A stretch of 64,000 nt of DNA from Octopus vulgaris (taxonomy: Eukaryota): positions 136,834,001-136,898,000 of the forward strand of contig OX597818.1 in the NCBI GenBank assembly GCA_951406725.2, given 5' to 3'. The notes below the pieces were generated by a model. It saw nothing but the letters and a program-made list of their open reading frames with translations. It did not search any database and had not been told where the DNA came from. This document shows, piece after piece, positions 40,950 to 53,238 of this stretch. The stretch's first letter is position 1. Each line of letters starts with the position of its first letter. The translations under genes were made by a program, and so were the position numbers.

Positions 40950-41331
40950 GGAGGCGCAATGGCCCAGTGGTTAGGGCAGCGGACTCGCGGTCGTAGGATT
41001 GCGGTTTCGATTCCCAGACCGGGCGTTGTGAGTGTTTATTGAGCAAAAACACCAAAAGCTCCACGAGGCTCCGGCAGGGATGGTGGTGATCCCTGCTGTA
41101 CTCTTTCACCACAACTTTCTCTCACTCTTACTTCCTGTTTCTGTTGTACCTGTATTTCAAAGGGCCGGCCTTGTCACTCTCTGTGTCACGCTGAATATCC
41201 CCGAGAACTACTTTAAGGGTGCACGTGTCTGTGGAGTGCTCAGCCACTTACACGTTAATTTCACGAGCAGGCTGTTCTGTTGATCGGATCAACCGGAACC
41301 CTTGTCATCGTAACCGACGGAGTGCTTCCAC
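40950..41331 (+). mobile_element. SINE family C, full length
   Basis: tRNA-like head with A box TGGCCCAGTGG and B box GGTTTCGATTCC. 11-bp TSD AGTTCAATATT at 40937-40947 and 41332-41342. Confidence 0.9.
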
Positions 41332-41745
41332 AGTTCAATATTATTGTTTGATATCCCTCTTCCATGTTGGCATGGTTTGGATGGTTTGAGAGGAACTAAT
41401 AAGCCAGAGAATTGTGCTGAGCTCTAATTACCATTCTGTGTTTTAAGTTGTAGTAAGAAGAGGAAGGAACAATGGGACAATGCCAATGGCCCTTTTTTTG
41501 GAGCTTCTAAGAATAATGGTAGGAAAAGAAGAAGAAAGTTTCTCTTAAGCCAGACACCTGGCCTGAAATGCATGCAGCAGAGTAAACTCTGATGAAGAAA
41601 CCCGAAAACCAGGCAGGTGGTGGTGTTAAACCAAATAAGGGAACAAGAACAGGAACAGGCTCTTTAACAGCTTCCTTACAGTTTCTGACTATCGAGTTTT
41701 ACTCACAAGGTTTTGATTGATTTAAAGCTAGATTGGTATTTTATT

Positions 41746-42075
41746 GTGAAGGCATATGGCTCAGTGGTTAGAATGTCGGTCTCACAATCATTAGATTGTT
41801 GAGATCACATACAGCCCGAACTGGGCTGGATGCTGTGTTGTTGAGCAAGACACTTTATTTCATGTTGCTCCAGTTCTCTCAGCTGTAGAAATGAGTTGTG
41901 ACATCACTGGTGCCGAGCTGTATCAGCCTCCACCTTTCCCCTGGACGACATTGGTGTCATGTAGAGGGGAGGCTGGTATGCATGAGTGACTGCTGGTCTT
42001 CCATAAACTACCTTGCTTGGACTTGTGCCTCGGAAGGTAACATGCATGACTGAAGGGGGTCTTTACCCTTTACTT
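41746..42075 (+). mobile_element. SINE family F (tRNA head, CORE-like block)
   Basis: Second copy at 53641-53975. Confidence 0.75.
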
Positions 42076-42339
42076 TATTGGCCACAAAAGGACGAAATAT
42101 AAATTCAACCTTGGTGAGATTTAAAAAGAAGATACAAAGAGCCACAAGTAATTTTCCTGAGTGCTCTATTGTTTCTGCTAGTCATGAGCTTTCAGTAAGG
42201 GAAAATTTAATAAAAAAGATAATTATTCTGGAGAGAAAAGGGTCTGGATCAGCAGATCATCAGGTTAAATGCTATGTAGTATTTAGTACAGTGTTTTGCA
42301 CTTGTGATTGTAAGTTAGTGGTTTGGTTCCTAGAGTGGG

Positions 42340-42985
42340 AATGGGGTAGACTCTGGAAAACATGGGACAAGGTGATGGAGCATGATCTACAGATGTTGAA
42401 TCTTATGGAGGTGATGACAAATGATCAAGACTTTTGGTGATTCACTGTGCTTCAGAACACACATCAAGCCAAGTGAAAGTGTAGTCATGGCCAGTGCCAG
42501 TGACATGTAAAAGGCACTCACTACATTCTTTGGGTGGTTGGCATTAGGAAGGGCATCCAGCCATAGAAACCAAGCCAAAATCAGACGGGAACCTGGTGCA
42601 GATCTCTGAAGGTGAGCTGATTCGCGATGTACTCCTCCCACCTCCACTTCCCGGCTGGTGCAAACGCACAGGCGGGCAGCTGAAGACCTGGGCAACGATG
42701 ATAAAGGAGGACCTCTCTGAACTCTCAAGTCCGCAGGTGGTCGGTCTGCGCAGATGGAACCACAAATGGCACACTATCTCCAGTGACCTCACACAAGACC
42801 GTTGAGCATGGGCTGCCATGGTTTGTGATGCCATTAGGAACAGAGAAGAAGCCAGCTCAACTCACCATAGGTGAATGTCATCACAAGTACAAGTAGTAGC
42901 AGCTCTCTGGCTTACCAGTTCCAGTCAAACAGTCTGACCCATGCCAGCATGGAAAACGGATGCTAAATGATGATGATAATGATGA
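42340..42985 (+). mobile_element. RTE 3' end plus family D, interrupted by a second RTE 3' fragment (42609-42898)
   Basis: GRLWKTWDKVMEHDLQML..DQDFW, then D. The inner fragment reads GWCKRTGGQLKTWATMIKEDL..DR*AW with a CAAGTACAAGTA tail and imperfect TSD GCAGATCTCTG / GCAGCTCTCTG. Confidence 0.8.
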
Positions 42986-43270
42986 GTGAGTGGTACATTG
43001 TGTTCTTGAGCAAAACACTTCATTTCATGTTGTGTTCCAGTCCACTCAAAGATAAATGAGTAACCCTGTGACGAACTGGCTTCTAGTTCTAGGGAAAAGT
43101 GGTAATCTCGGTCACTTATATGCCATGGAAACTGGTTAACAGGCTCTATGAGTTCCAGGACTTGAGACAGTAATGTCCAAGGGTTGCTGTTCCAAGTTCA
43201 AATCTCACTGAGGTCAATAGTGTCTCATACCTCCAGAGTTAGTAAAACAAGTATCAGACATGAACTAATA

Positions 43271-44122
43271 CAAGGGATGATCAATAAGTATTTGGACCAT
43301 TGCCATAATAACAAAGCTAAAGCATGCAGAGTGAAGCTGCTAGGCACAGATTGACCTTGAACTCTGCTGTGCATGTGCACTAAGTTTTAACATTCTGGCT
43401 CACTCCTGCTATTTACAACAATGCTTGGAAGGAAGGTGTGTAGCATGTGACCATCGCATTGACCATGACAGAGAAAGTTGTCATGGTGATACCTGATCAA
43501 AGGCCTATGCAAAGTTGCAGAAAGTGTATGGAGAGGAGTGTATGAGCCACACACAAATGTATGAATGGTTTAGATGTTTCCAGGATGGTCGAAAAAATGT
43601 TGATAGTGCTGAAAGTTCTGGGAGACCTGTAACCAGCAGAACTGGGAAAAACATCACAGATGAGCATGCAACTGCGAGAGGAAATCATTGAATCACCATC
43701 CGTGAGTTATCAGAAGATGTACAGATTAGTTATGGTTCAGTTCAGTCCATTATCACTGAAGATTTGGGTATGAGATGCATGTCTGCCAAGTTTGTACCAA
43801 AACTGCTTTCAGCTGACCAAAAAGACATTGAGGTTTTAGTTGCACAAAATCTCCTTGAATGTGTTGTGAATGATGAAAAGTTTTTGAAAACTTTGTGTAG
43901 GCCTCTGAGCAGGTATCCCCAAGCTTTTGGCAAGATTTGATGCAGATTCTCTGCTCAACTTTCTCTGTCATAGTCAATGCAATGAACACATGCTACGCAC
44001 ATTACTTCCAAGCACTGCTGTAAACAGTGGAATTCAAGGTCAATCTGTGCCAAGCAATTCACTCTGCGTGCTTTAGCTTTGTTACTATGGCAACAGTATG
44101 GATACTTATTGATCACACCACG
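43271..44122 (+). mobile_element. Non-autonomous mariner derivative with an inverted duplication of its 5' end
   Basis: TIR-like GATCAATAAGTAT at both ends. The plus strand encodes a decayed transposase N-terminus (YEWFRCFQDG..SGRPVTS..ITIRELS..SAKFVPKLL). 43890-44122 is an inverted copy of the left end (MTEKVEQRICIK). Confidence 0.85.
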
Positions 44123-44534
44123 CATAGATATTTCATATGCGTTTCTCGCCTGCTAATATGTGGCCTGGTACCATTATGTAAAAATCAATGTGTTGTTCAA
44201 GCAATAGATAAATATATATAAAATCAATTTGTAGATCATTTGTGAAATGATAAATTAATGGTAAGTGCTCAGTTTTATTGCCTTCTTTCTTACTTTCCAG
44301 AATAATTGGCAATTGTGAATGATGGAAGCAGATGAGGTGACGAACACAAAAGTAAATATTCGTGCCAGAAATACAATAGGACATCTAGGAGTAAATCTGA
44401 ACTTATGAATCATCAGTTTAAAGTCCAATACATTACATGCTGAGACAGTTCGTGCCTGAAGATAGCAAAATAGATATACTCATAATTCATAATGGTGTAG
44501 TTATTATTATTATTACTCTAGTATAATTTTTACC

Positions 44535-44736
44535 TTTTACTTGTTTCTGTCATTAGACTGCGGCCATGCTGGAGCACCACCTTCAAGAATTTGAGTTGAA
44601 TGAATTGATCCCAGTACTTTTTTTTAAAGCCTGGTACTTATTCTATCAGTCTCTTTCACTGAACCACTAAGTTATGGGGACATAAACACACCAACACCAG
44701 TTGTCAAGCAATGGTGGGGGAACAAACACAGACACA

Positions 44737-44783
<47 letters not shown>

Positions 44784-45165
44784 CCTCGACTGGCACCTGT
44801 GCGGGTGGCATGTAAAAAGCACCCACTACACTCACGGAGTGGTTGGCGTTAGGAAGGGCATCCAGCTGTAGAAACATTGCCAGATAAGACTGGAGCCTGG
44901 TGCAGCCTTCTGGCTTCCCAGATCCCCGGTCGAACTGTCCAACCCATGCTAGTATGAAGAACAGACGTTAAACGATGATGATTATGATGATGATGATGAT
45001 GATATATATATACATATGATGGGCTTCTTTCAGTTTCTATCAACCAAATCCATTTACAAAGCTTTGATGGACCCGAGGCTATAGCAGAAGACATCTGCCC
45101 AAGGTGCCACGCAGTGGGACTGAACCTGGATGAAACAAGTTTCTTAGCACACAGTCATGCCTGTT
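44535..45165 (-). mobile_element. SINE A (minus) with a family D element (plus, 44783-45003) inserted in its internal (TA)n
   Basis: Both halves of A flank the D copy. Confidence 0.85.
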
Positions 45166-45557
45166 TAATCAGTCTATTCAAAATACAATTGAAGGTGCAA
45201 TAACTTAGATTCATCATCACCGTTCAATAATCTGTCTTCCATGCTGTCATGGGTTGAACAGTTTGAGAGGAACTGATAAGCCAGAGGGCTGTGCTGAGCT
45301 CCAGTGTTGTTGCAACTCATTTCTACAGCTGAGCGACCTTGTATTAGTTCATGTCTGATACTTGTTTTACTAACTCTGGAGGTATGAGACATTATTGACC
45401 TCAGAGAGATTTGAACTTGGACTCAGTGAGATTTGAACTTGTGATAGCATTTTCAAAACCTTTTCTTTGCTGCTAAGTTTCATTATTACCATGATAGCTT
45501 GTACACTCTAAAATTTCTTTCAGTTGTACCTCCACTTTATTTATTTGGATATTATTA

Positions 45558-45796
45558 TCTCAAGTCCTGGAACTCATAGAGCCTGTTAACCAGTCTCCAT
45601 GGCATATAAGTGACCAAGATTACCACTTTCCCCTAGAACTAGAAGCCAGTCTGTCGCAGGGTTACTCATTTATCTCTGAGTGGACTGGAACAACATGAAA
45701 TAAAGTGTCTTACTCAAGAACACAACACACAGCCTAGTCCAGGAATCGAACTCACTACCTCATGCCTGTGAGCCCAACACTCTAACCACTGAGCCA
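45558..45796 (-). mobile_element. SINE family E
   Basis: Inverted, closely similar partner of 42998-43167. Confidence 0.8.
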
Positions 45797-45963
45797 ACTA
45801 TATAGAGTAATGTGAATGCCTAAAAATTTAAGTGATCAAAATTAAAATTTTCTATCAAAATTTCATGTTAATTTATGCTTCAAACAGTGTTTTGATAATG
45901 GCAAAGTTTTGTTTTGCTTAATTCTTCATTATCTCCAAAATTAACTGAAACAAAGATAGCATA

Positions 45964-46304
45964 CAAACAATTGCAGTGTGGAAGGTGTTTATAAGCCATT
46001 TAAGAAACACACAAAAACCGTTAGATTCACTTCAACATTTAAATTTAATTTGTCAAAATATTTTCATCACTTTGAGACCGCGACCTGTTCACTGATATGA
46101 TGCAGCACAAAGTTGTGTCAGTGAACAGGTCGCGGTTTCAAAGCGACGAAAATATTTTGACAAATTAAATTTAAATGTTGAAGTGAATCTAACGGTTTTT
46201 GTGTGTTTCTTAAATGGCTTATTAACACCTTCCACGCTGCAATTGATTTCGTTCCAGCACATGATCTCAGATCAAGTCACTCGCTATGCAAGTACATCTC
46301 CGTA
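45964..46304. mobile_element. Palindromic Penelope-like insertion with a 12-bp TSD and two hammerhead motifs
   Basis: Arms 45968-46097 and 46116-46245. TSD AAAGATAGCATA at 45952-45963 and 46305-46316. Confidence 0.8.
46116..46162 (+). ncRNA. Minimal type I hammerhead motif with G3-C8 covariant core
   Basis: TGTCA-GTGAACA-G-GTCGC-GGTTTCAAA-GCGAC-GAAA-ATAT-TT-TGACA. A mirror copy lies on the minus strand at 46051-46097. Confidence 0.65.
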
Positions 46305-47126
46305 AAAGATAGCATATTTCAACAGAAATGTGGAAATGAACAGGTTAAAAGAGTACATTGTAATATGACCTAAGTCTGGTTGCTAATTCTGGTAGGGACA
46401 CTTTCAGAGTTCAGTAAACGCAGCCATATTTGACTGAAATCATGTTGGTCTGACTGGATAATCAACTCTGAAACATCTGATTTGGTTTAGAGAGGCAGAA
46501 CTATAAGAAATAAAGGGTAGAAAGAAATATATTGATGGGAGGGAAAGGTGGAAGGAGATGGGGTGGATGGATGAAGTAGAGAGAGAGATATGAGAAAGAG
46601 GAGGAGGTAGAGAGTGAAGGATAGATGAGTAGAGGGAGAGAGAGAGCTAGAAAGACATAGGACGAAAGTGGTAGAGGGAAGAGAGAGGAAAGAAGGAGAG
46701 AAAGAGAGGAAGGGGTGGGTAAGGAGAGAGATAGAAAGACAAAGGAGGAAAGTGGTAGAGGGAAGAGAGAGGAAAGAAGGAGAGAAAGAGAGGAAGGGGT
46801 GGGTAAGGAAAGAGGTAGAGGGAGTTGAGGGAGGAAGTAGGAGGTGGGAAGTAGAGAATTGAAAGTGAAAGTTGAGATAAGGAAAAGGAATATAAAGTAT
46901 AGAAAGACAAGGAAGAGAGAGAGAGTAAAGGAGACAGGAGAGGAGAAGCAGAAACAGAGAGAGAATACCTTGGAGTAATAAAAAAAAAGGACAATGTGTT
47001 GACTGTGAAATGAAAATGGAAGGTGGAAAGGAGGGGAGAGAGAGAGAGAGAGAAAGAAAGAAAGAAAGAGGAGTGAGTGAGTGAGTGAGTGAGACAGTGA
47101 GTGAGTGAGTGAGTGAGACAGTGAGT

Positions 47127-47232
<106 letters not shown>

Positions 47233-47665
47233 CTGAGGTTGGAAAATCTCTGTAAGAAAAAAAGAGTTTTTTTTTTATAAGTTGGCAGGCACGTTTTACA
47301 ATCATCAATGGTAATTTTTATATTCCACCATGATATTGGCAATGGGTCAAGCATATACGAAGGGAGATTAGTTAAATAAAGACTTAGTAGCCTGGCTGGC
47401 CATTTGGTGCCAAGGATTCATTCAATTTACCATCTGTGTATCTTTTCTAAACAGAACAATAACGAAACAATAAGAATTTACCAAATCCAGTCAACCAGAC
47501 TGCCAGGATTGGAAGACAGCTTATGGGGTATTATTCTAAATCCAAAATTTCTAATATTTTTATATTCATGTCTTTATTTACTGAGAACTCTTTCCACAGA
47601 CAGAAACACAAAAATAAATCAAAAACTTGTGTTAGAATACAAATAAAAACAATAAAAAATTATTT

Positions 47666-48078
47666 AGGCGCAGGAGTGGCTGTATGGTAAGTAGCTTGTT
47701 TACCGACCACATGGTTCCGGGTTCAGTCCCACTGCGTGGCACCTTGGGCAAGTGTCTTCTACTATAGCCTCGGGCCGACCAAAGCCTTGTGAGTGGATTT
47801 GGTAGACGGAAACTGAAAGAAGCCTGTTGTATATATATATATAATATATATATATATGTATGTATGTGTATGTGTTTGTCCCCCTAGCATTGCTTGACAG
47901 CCGATGCTGGTGTGTTTACGTCCCCATTACTTAGCGGTTCGGCAAAAGAGACTGATAGAATAAGTACTGAGCTTACAAAAGAATAAGTCCCGGGGTCAAG
48001 TTGCTCGATTAAAGGCGGTGCTCCAGCATGGCTGCAGTCAAATGACTGAAACAAATAAAAGAGTAAAAGAGTAAGAGT
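47666..48078 (+). mobile_element. SINE family A, full length
   Basis: A consensus. Confidence 0.9.
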
Positions 48079-48303
48079 AACCCTTTAGTATTTATACCAG
48101 CCATATCCAGCCCAAATATTCTACCTGTTTTGTGTTCAGAATGGCTAGATTTGACCTCTCACACCTATCTACAATGTTATTCTAAAAATAAACATTCACA
48201 TCATCAAATTCTTGAAGCTAAGAAATAATACATGATTAATTCGAAACAATGAGAAAAAATAAGCATTACATATGACAGAGTAGTCTGAAAGTTGAAGGGT
48301 TAA
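48078..48303. mobile_element. piggyBac-type MITE
   Basis: TAA-CCCTTTAG...GAAGGG-TTAA; an inverted half copy follows at 48355-48511. Confidence 0.75.
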
Positions 48304-49228
48304 TCTTATCTGGATTTCATATTTAAGGAGCTACATAAGGAATGGTGTGCTTATCCATTGTTTTGAACTGATATGAGATTTTGATGAGGCTGCTAATTTT
48401 TAAGATGATATTGTACGGGTTGGTGTGAGAGACCAGATATGGCCAGTTTGAACATAAAACAGGCAGAATACTTTTGGCCGGATATGGCCGGTTTAAATGC
48501 TAAAGGGTTAAGGAGCTACACAAGGAATGGTGTGGTTATGTGATTAAGAAGGCTGCTAAGCAATCTGAGGATACTAGGTTCGATGCCGCTGCATAGCATT
48601 TTGGTAAGTATCCTTTCTTTTAGCTTTGAATTTGCACAAAGCTTTGCGAGTGAAATTGTGTAGATTGAAACTATGCAGAAGCCATCAGATGGATTACATC
48701 TGCTCTTGGGTGATGAAGTATTGCTTGACTTTTGTTAGCCTAATTTAACACCACCACCTGGTCTTGGGTGTCTTTGGTCAAGTCTAGTCTATTGTAAGTA
48801 GGTCTCTGGTTTGAGGGTATAAAAGTCTCTCCCTTCCTCTTTATCTCCACTAGCAAAAGCTCTGGAAACAAAGTCATCAATATTACTTTCGCTCCTCTGA
48901 TAAATGTATTCTGGTGTTTGAAGACATAGTAACCTACAGACACCCTGCAGTTTTAGTTAGCAGGAAAGAAAACAGGACCCTACTTTAATGAAAGAAATGG
49001 CCATGCTTGATATGCAAAAATGGAGTACATAGAAATTCAATATGGTGAACCCAGTGTAAACTTTAGACATACAAAAGATGTGGCTCACAAGATTTTGTAT
49101 GTATAAGGTCACTGAAGCAGTCAGCAGGAAGAAGTGAAACAGATTCTTTTCAATGCATGGAAAACTCCCTAGAAATAATTGAAAACGTTTTTTGTTTTTT
49201 TTTTATCCAGGTAACAAAATTAGCAGTG

Positions 49229-49776
49229 GAGGCAGGGTGTTCTTGAAGCCATCATGGCTGGAATTTGAACAGGTTTGAAATAATTTAATCGTTTGCCAGA
49301 CTCGTCTGGCACCTGTGCCGGTGGCACGTAAAAAGCACCCACTACACTCACGGAGTGGTTGGCGTTAGGAAGGGCATCCAGCCGTAGAAACATTGCCAGA
49401 TCAGACTGGAGCCTGGTGCAGCCTTCTAGCTTCCCAGACCCCAGTTGAACCGTCCAACCCATGCTAGCATGGAAAGTGGACGCTAAAAGATGATGAGGCA
49501 GGGTGTTCTTGAAGCCATCATGGCTGGAATTTGAACAGGTTTGAAATAATTTAATCGTTTGCCAGCCTCGTCTGGCACCTGTGTCGGTGGCACATAAAAA
49601 GCACCCACTACACTCACGGAGTGGTTGGCGTTAGGAAAGGCATCCATCCGTAAAAAACATTGCCAGATCAGACTGGGCCTGGTGCAGCCTTCTGGCTTCC
49701 CAGACCCCAGTTGAACCGTCCAACCCATGCTAGCATGGAAAGCGGACGCTAAAAGATGATGATGATGATGATGATG
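49229..49776 (+). repeat. 266-bp tandem duplication containing a family D fragment
   Basis: Units start at 49229 and 49495. Confidence 0.9.
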
Positions 49777-49839
49777 TTACCTCTTCTGGCAATAAGATTT
49801 CTCATTCAGCATGTAAAGTAGAAGGTATGTTGCATGTGT

Positions 49840-50480
49840 ATAAAGCATATGTGGAGGATTAATGGTGGTTAGAAAGAAACGGGGTGAGCATGCTCTGCTG
49901 GGTGTGTAATGTTGATGTGGATGAATAACAGAGCATGAGTTGATTTGATAAAAGAACACCCAGATTTAAGAGGAAAAAGATGTAGTGTGCCAGAGAGAAG
50001 ACTACACTGGTACTGATGTGTGATGCAGAAACGTTAGCACGCCGGGCGAAATGTTTAGCGGTATTTCGTCTGCGTTACGTTGTGAGTTCAAAATCCGCTG
50101 AGGTCGACTTTACCTTTCATCCTTTCGGGGTCGATAAATTAAGTACCAGTTACGCACTGGGGTCAATGTAATCGACTTAATACCTATGTCTGTCCTTGTT
50201 TGTCCCTTCTATGTTTAGCCCCTTGTGGGTAATAAAGAAATAGGTACTGATATGTGATGCAATGGAGGACGTAAGTTGATGAAGAAATGCAAAGAGCTCC
50301 AAGTGGATGAAACCTGTGGGAAAGGGGCCTGCGGAAACATGGAATTTAATTATGAAAACTTATCTCATGAAGGTGGACCTCACAAAGGAGATGGTGACTG
50401 ACCATAAATAGTTGACTGTGATGTCAGAGAAGACTCGGTGACCCAATCATGCATAGCAAAATAGACATTAAAATGGTAGT
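49840..50480 (+). mobile_element. Decayed RTE LINE 3' end interrupted by a family B SINE (50025-50242)
   Basis: RRLHWY..KKCKELQVDETCGKG..DLTKEM. TSD GGTACTGAT(G/A)TGTGATGCA at 50009-50027 and 50243-50261. Confidence 0.75.
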
Positions 50481-50679
50481 GCTAATGGAGGTTGGCAATT
50501 GGACATCATTCCTTGCTGCCAGCATAATGAGGTATGACATCAGATTTGTCCATATTCAATTACCTTACTATCACTGTTCTTTATCACGAGTCATTACTCT
50601 CTCATTAACCATTACTCCCTCCCATTGGCACACATCACTCTCTTCTCTAATTTCTCACACTCCCATTACTCCTTCTTCT

Positions 50680-50912
50680 TATTTCTTTATTGCCCACAAA
50701 TGGCTAAACACAGAGGGGACAAACAAGGACAGATAAAGGGATTAAGTTGATTACATCGACCCCAGTGTGTAACTGGTACTTATTTAATTGACCCCGAAAG
50801 GATGAAAGGCAAAGTCGACCTCAGTGGAATTTGAACTCAGAACGTAGCGGCAGACGAAATACTGCTAAGTATTTCGCCCGACATGCTAACGATTCTGCCA
50901 GCTCGCCGCCTT
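50680..50912 (-). mobile_element. SINE family B, full length
   Basis: TSD ATTACTCCTTCTTCT at 50665-50679 and 50914-50928. Confidence 0.9.
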
Positions 50913-52247
50913 GATTACTCCTTCTTCTATTACTTTATCACCTGCCTACAACTCTCCATTTCTCTCCTTACAACATTCATCCTGTTCCACTATTCAATCT
51001 CCTTACCAACAACCGATATGTAGCTGTCTATCATTGTCTCTTCTATTACTACCTCATCTATTGTTCTCTTCTTCATCAGTTCAGCTTCTTTTACCCTCTT
51101 GATCATGCTATTTTGAGACACTATAGAGTCAAGAGAAGAGAGGACTCTTTGAGCTCTGCTGACAAGAAGACATCCTCTCTAGAGTTGGTACCATGATAAA
51201 TTACATCCTTTAGATTTGATAAAGTAGCTGGCCGGAGAATAGAATCAAGCTGCTTTGTGACACTGCAGAGGATAGAAGACTCTGTTGCATTGTGTCACAA
51301 TAAAATGCATCCAGTACAATGACTGGTATCAGAAAGAGCAGGCAGCAGTAGAAATTATACCAGAAATGGAACATACACATGGGATATGGTCTCTGACTCA
51401 TCACCAAGGGTAGTAATTCCAAATAAGATTTCAGGCAGTGATAACCCATCCAACCCATGTCAGAATTGAAGAATGAAAAATAAAAAAAAAGGACGCAAAA
51501 ATAATGGAAATAAAGTGAACATAAAATAATGATGATGATAAAAATGATGATATTATATACATTTACATCAATGTTATACTATTGCTGTTATATATTTTAT
51601 ATTGTTGTTATATACCATTTGATATAAAAGATATATAAACTTCTAAAAGGAGCAAAAAATAAAGAAAATAAAGTTCGTATGTTTGTGTATGTGTGGGGGA
51701 TTCTATAGAGCAGAAAATAGTTATAATATCTAGAAAATATATCTGCAATAAAACAACATGAAACTGCTTATAATCAAACCAGCTATTTCAAAATAGAAAA
51801 TACTTTAAAATTAACACAAAAAAATGTAAAAAAAAAAAAGAAAAGAAAAGAAGAAAACAGTAAGTGAAATATAAAACCAACAACACAAAAAATATCAAAT
51901 AAATAATAAAAAGGATTATTCCACCCCATTTTACATACAGATCTACTAATACGGTAGGGTATAGGGTATATTATTGTTGTTGTTAATACTGAAGTTGTGG
52001 CTTATTCACTCGCTTTTATTTCTTTTGTTTAATAGAGCAGAATAGAATTAGAGTTAGGAATGAGGCGAAGAAAAGACATAAAACAATGCTAAAACACATA
52101 CATGTATGTGTGTGCATGCGTATATACATACATATGTGTGTGTGTGCGTATGTACATACATATGTATATATAAAATACACACACATACATTTGTTTTAAA
52201 TGTGCTACATTCTTTATATATATATATGTGTGTGTTTGTGTGTGTTG

Positions 52248-52302
<55 letters not shown>

Positions 52303-52754
52303 ATATAAGCCAATTCAAAGAGGAGGGAGAGAGAGAGGACGATAAATTACAGCAATAGTCTTTGAGTAAAAAAAAGATTACTTCAAAGACAGAGCAATAA
52401 TACAGTAGGGTAGATTAGAATCTACCAGCTTCCAGTCATGTTGCTGTCTGTTATATATATATATATATATATACACATAAGTGTGTACATATATAGACGC
52501 ACACACATGAGAGAAAACATGAACATACCACATACATATACCAGAGCATGCACATACACAGAGGTACATACACCACATACTAAAGCATGTATATATATAC
52601 ACAGATGCTATTTAATTCACATCGCTTATATAGATGCTGTCAGTAAAAAGAGGAGATATGGTGATAACAGGTTGTTTGTTGGAAACACACATGCACACAC
52701 ACGTACACACACACATGCGTACACACACACACACGCGTACACACACACACGCAT

Positions 52755-52788
<34 letters not shown>

Positions 52789-53004
52789 AGGGAGAAAATA
52801 ACTAGAGTCAGTATTATTTAATAAGTAGTTAAGTGACCTGAAGTTCATAGTTTCAAATCTTACAAGGGCTGCTAAAAAAAATCATTACCTTTGCACAGTA
52901 TTTAGTTGCAGCTCTTTACATCCTGAGTTCAATTCCTGCTAAAGTTGATTTTGCATTACGTTCTTTCAGGGATAACGAAATAATTACCAGAAGAGAACAT
53001 ATAT

Positions 53005-53238
53005 ATATTTCTTTACTACCCACAAGGGGCTAAACACAGAGGGGACAAACAAGGACACACAAAGGGATTAAGTCGATTACATCAACCCCAGTGCGTAACT
53101 GGTACTTAATTTATCGACCCCGGAAGGATGAAAGGCAAAGTCGACCTCGGCGGAATTTGAACTCGGAATGTAACGGCAGATGAAATACGGCTATGCATTT
53201 CGCCTGGCGTGCTAACGTTTCTGCCAGCTCGCCGCCCT
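53005..53238 (-). mobile_element. SINE family B, full length
   Basis: Reverse complement of the B consensus. Confidence 0.9.

Noticed and set aside
40950-41025. tRNA gene
   Set aside because: It is the tRNA-like head of a dispersed SINE with body and TSD; no complete cloverleaf is evident.
41589-41612. CTGATGA...GAAA motif
   Set aside because: No stem II, stem III or stem I pairing.
44329-44380. Hammerhead-like CAGATGA..stem..GAAA
   Set aside because: Core is altered and no stem I or stem III can be paired.
48740-48943. 67-aa non-repetitive ORF as a host exon
   Set aside because: No recognisable domain and no convincing splice-site pair; it could only be rescued by RNA-seq or BLAST evidence.
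51925-52090. Small minus-strand exon (pyrimidine tract, GTATGT donor)
   Set aside because: Candidate acceptors give stops, or only a 50-nt uninformative frame.
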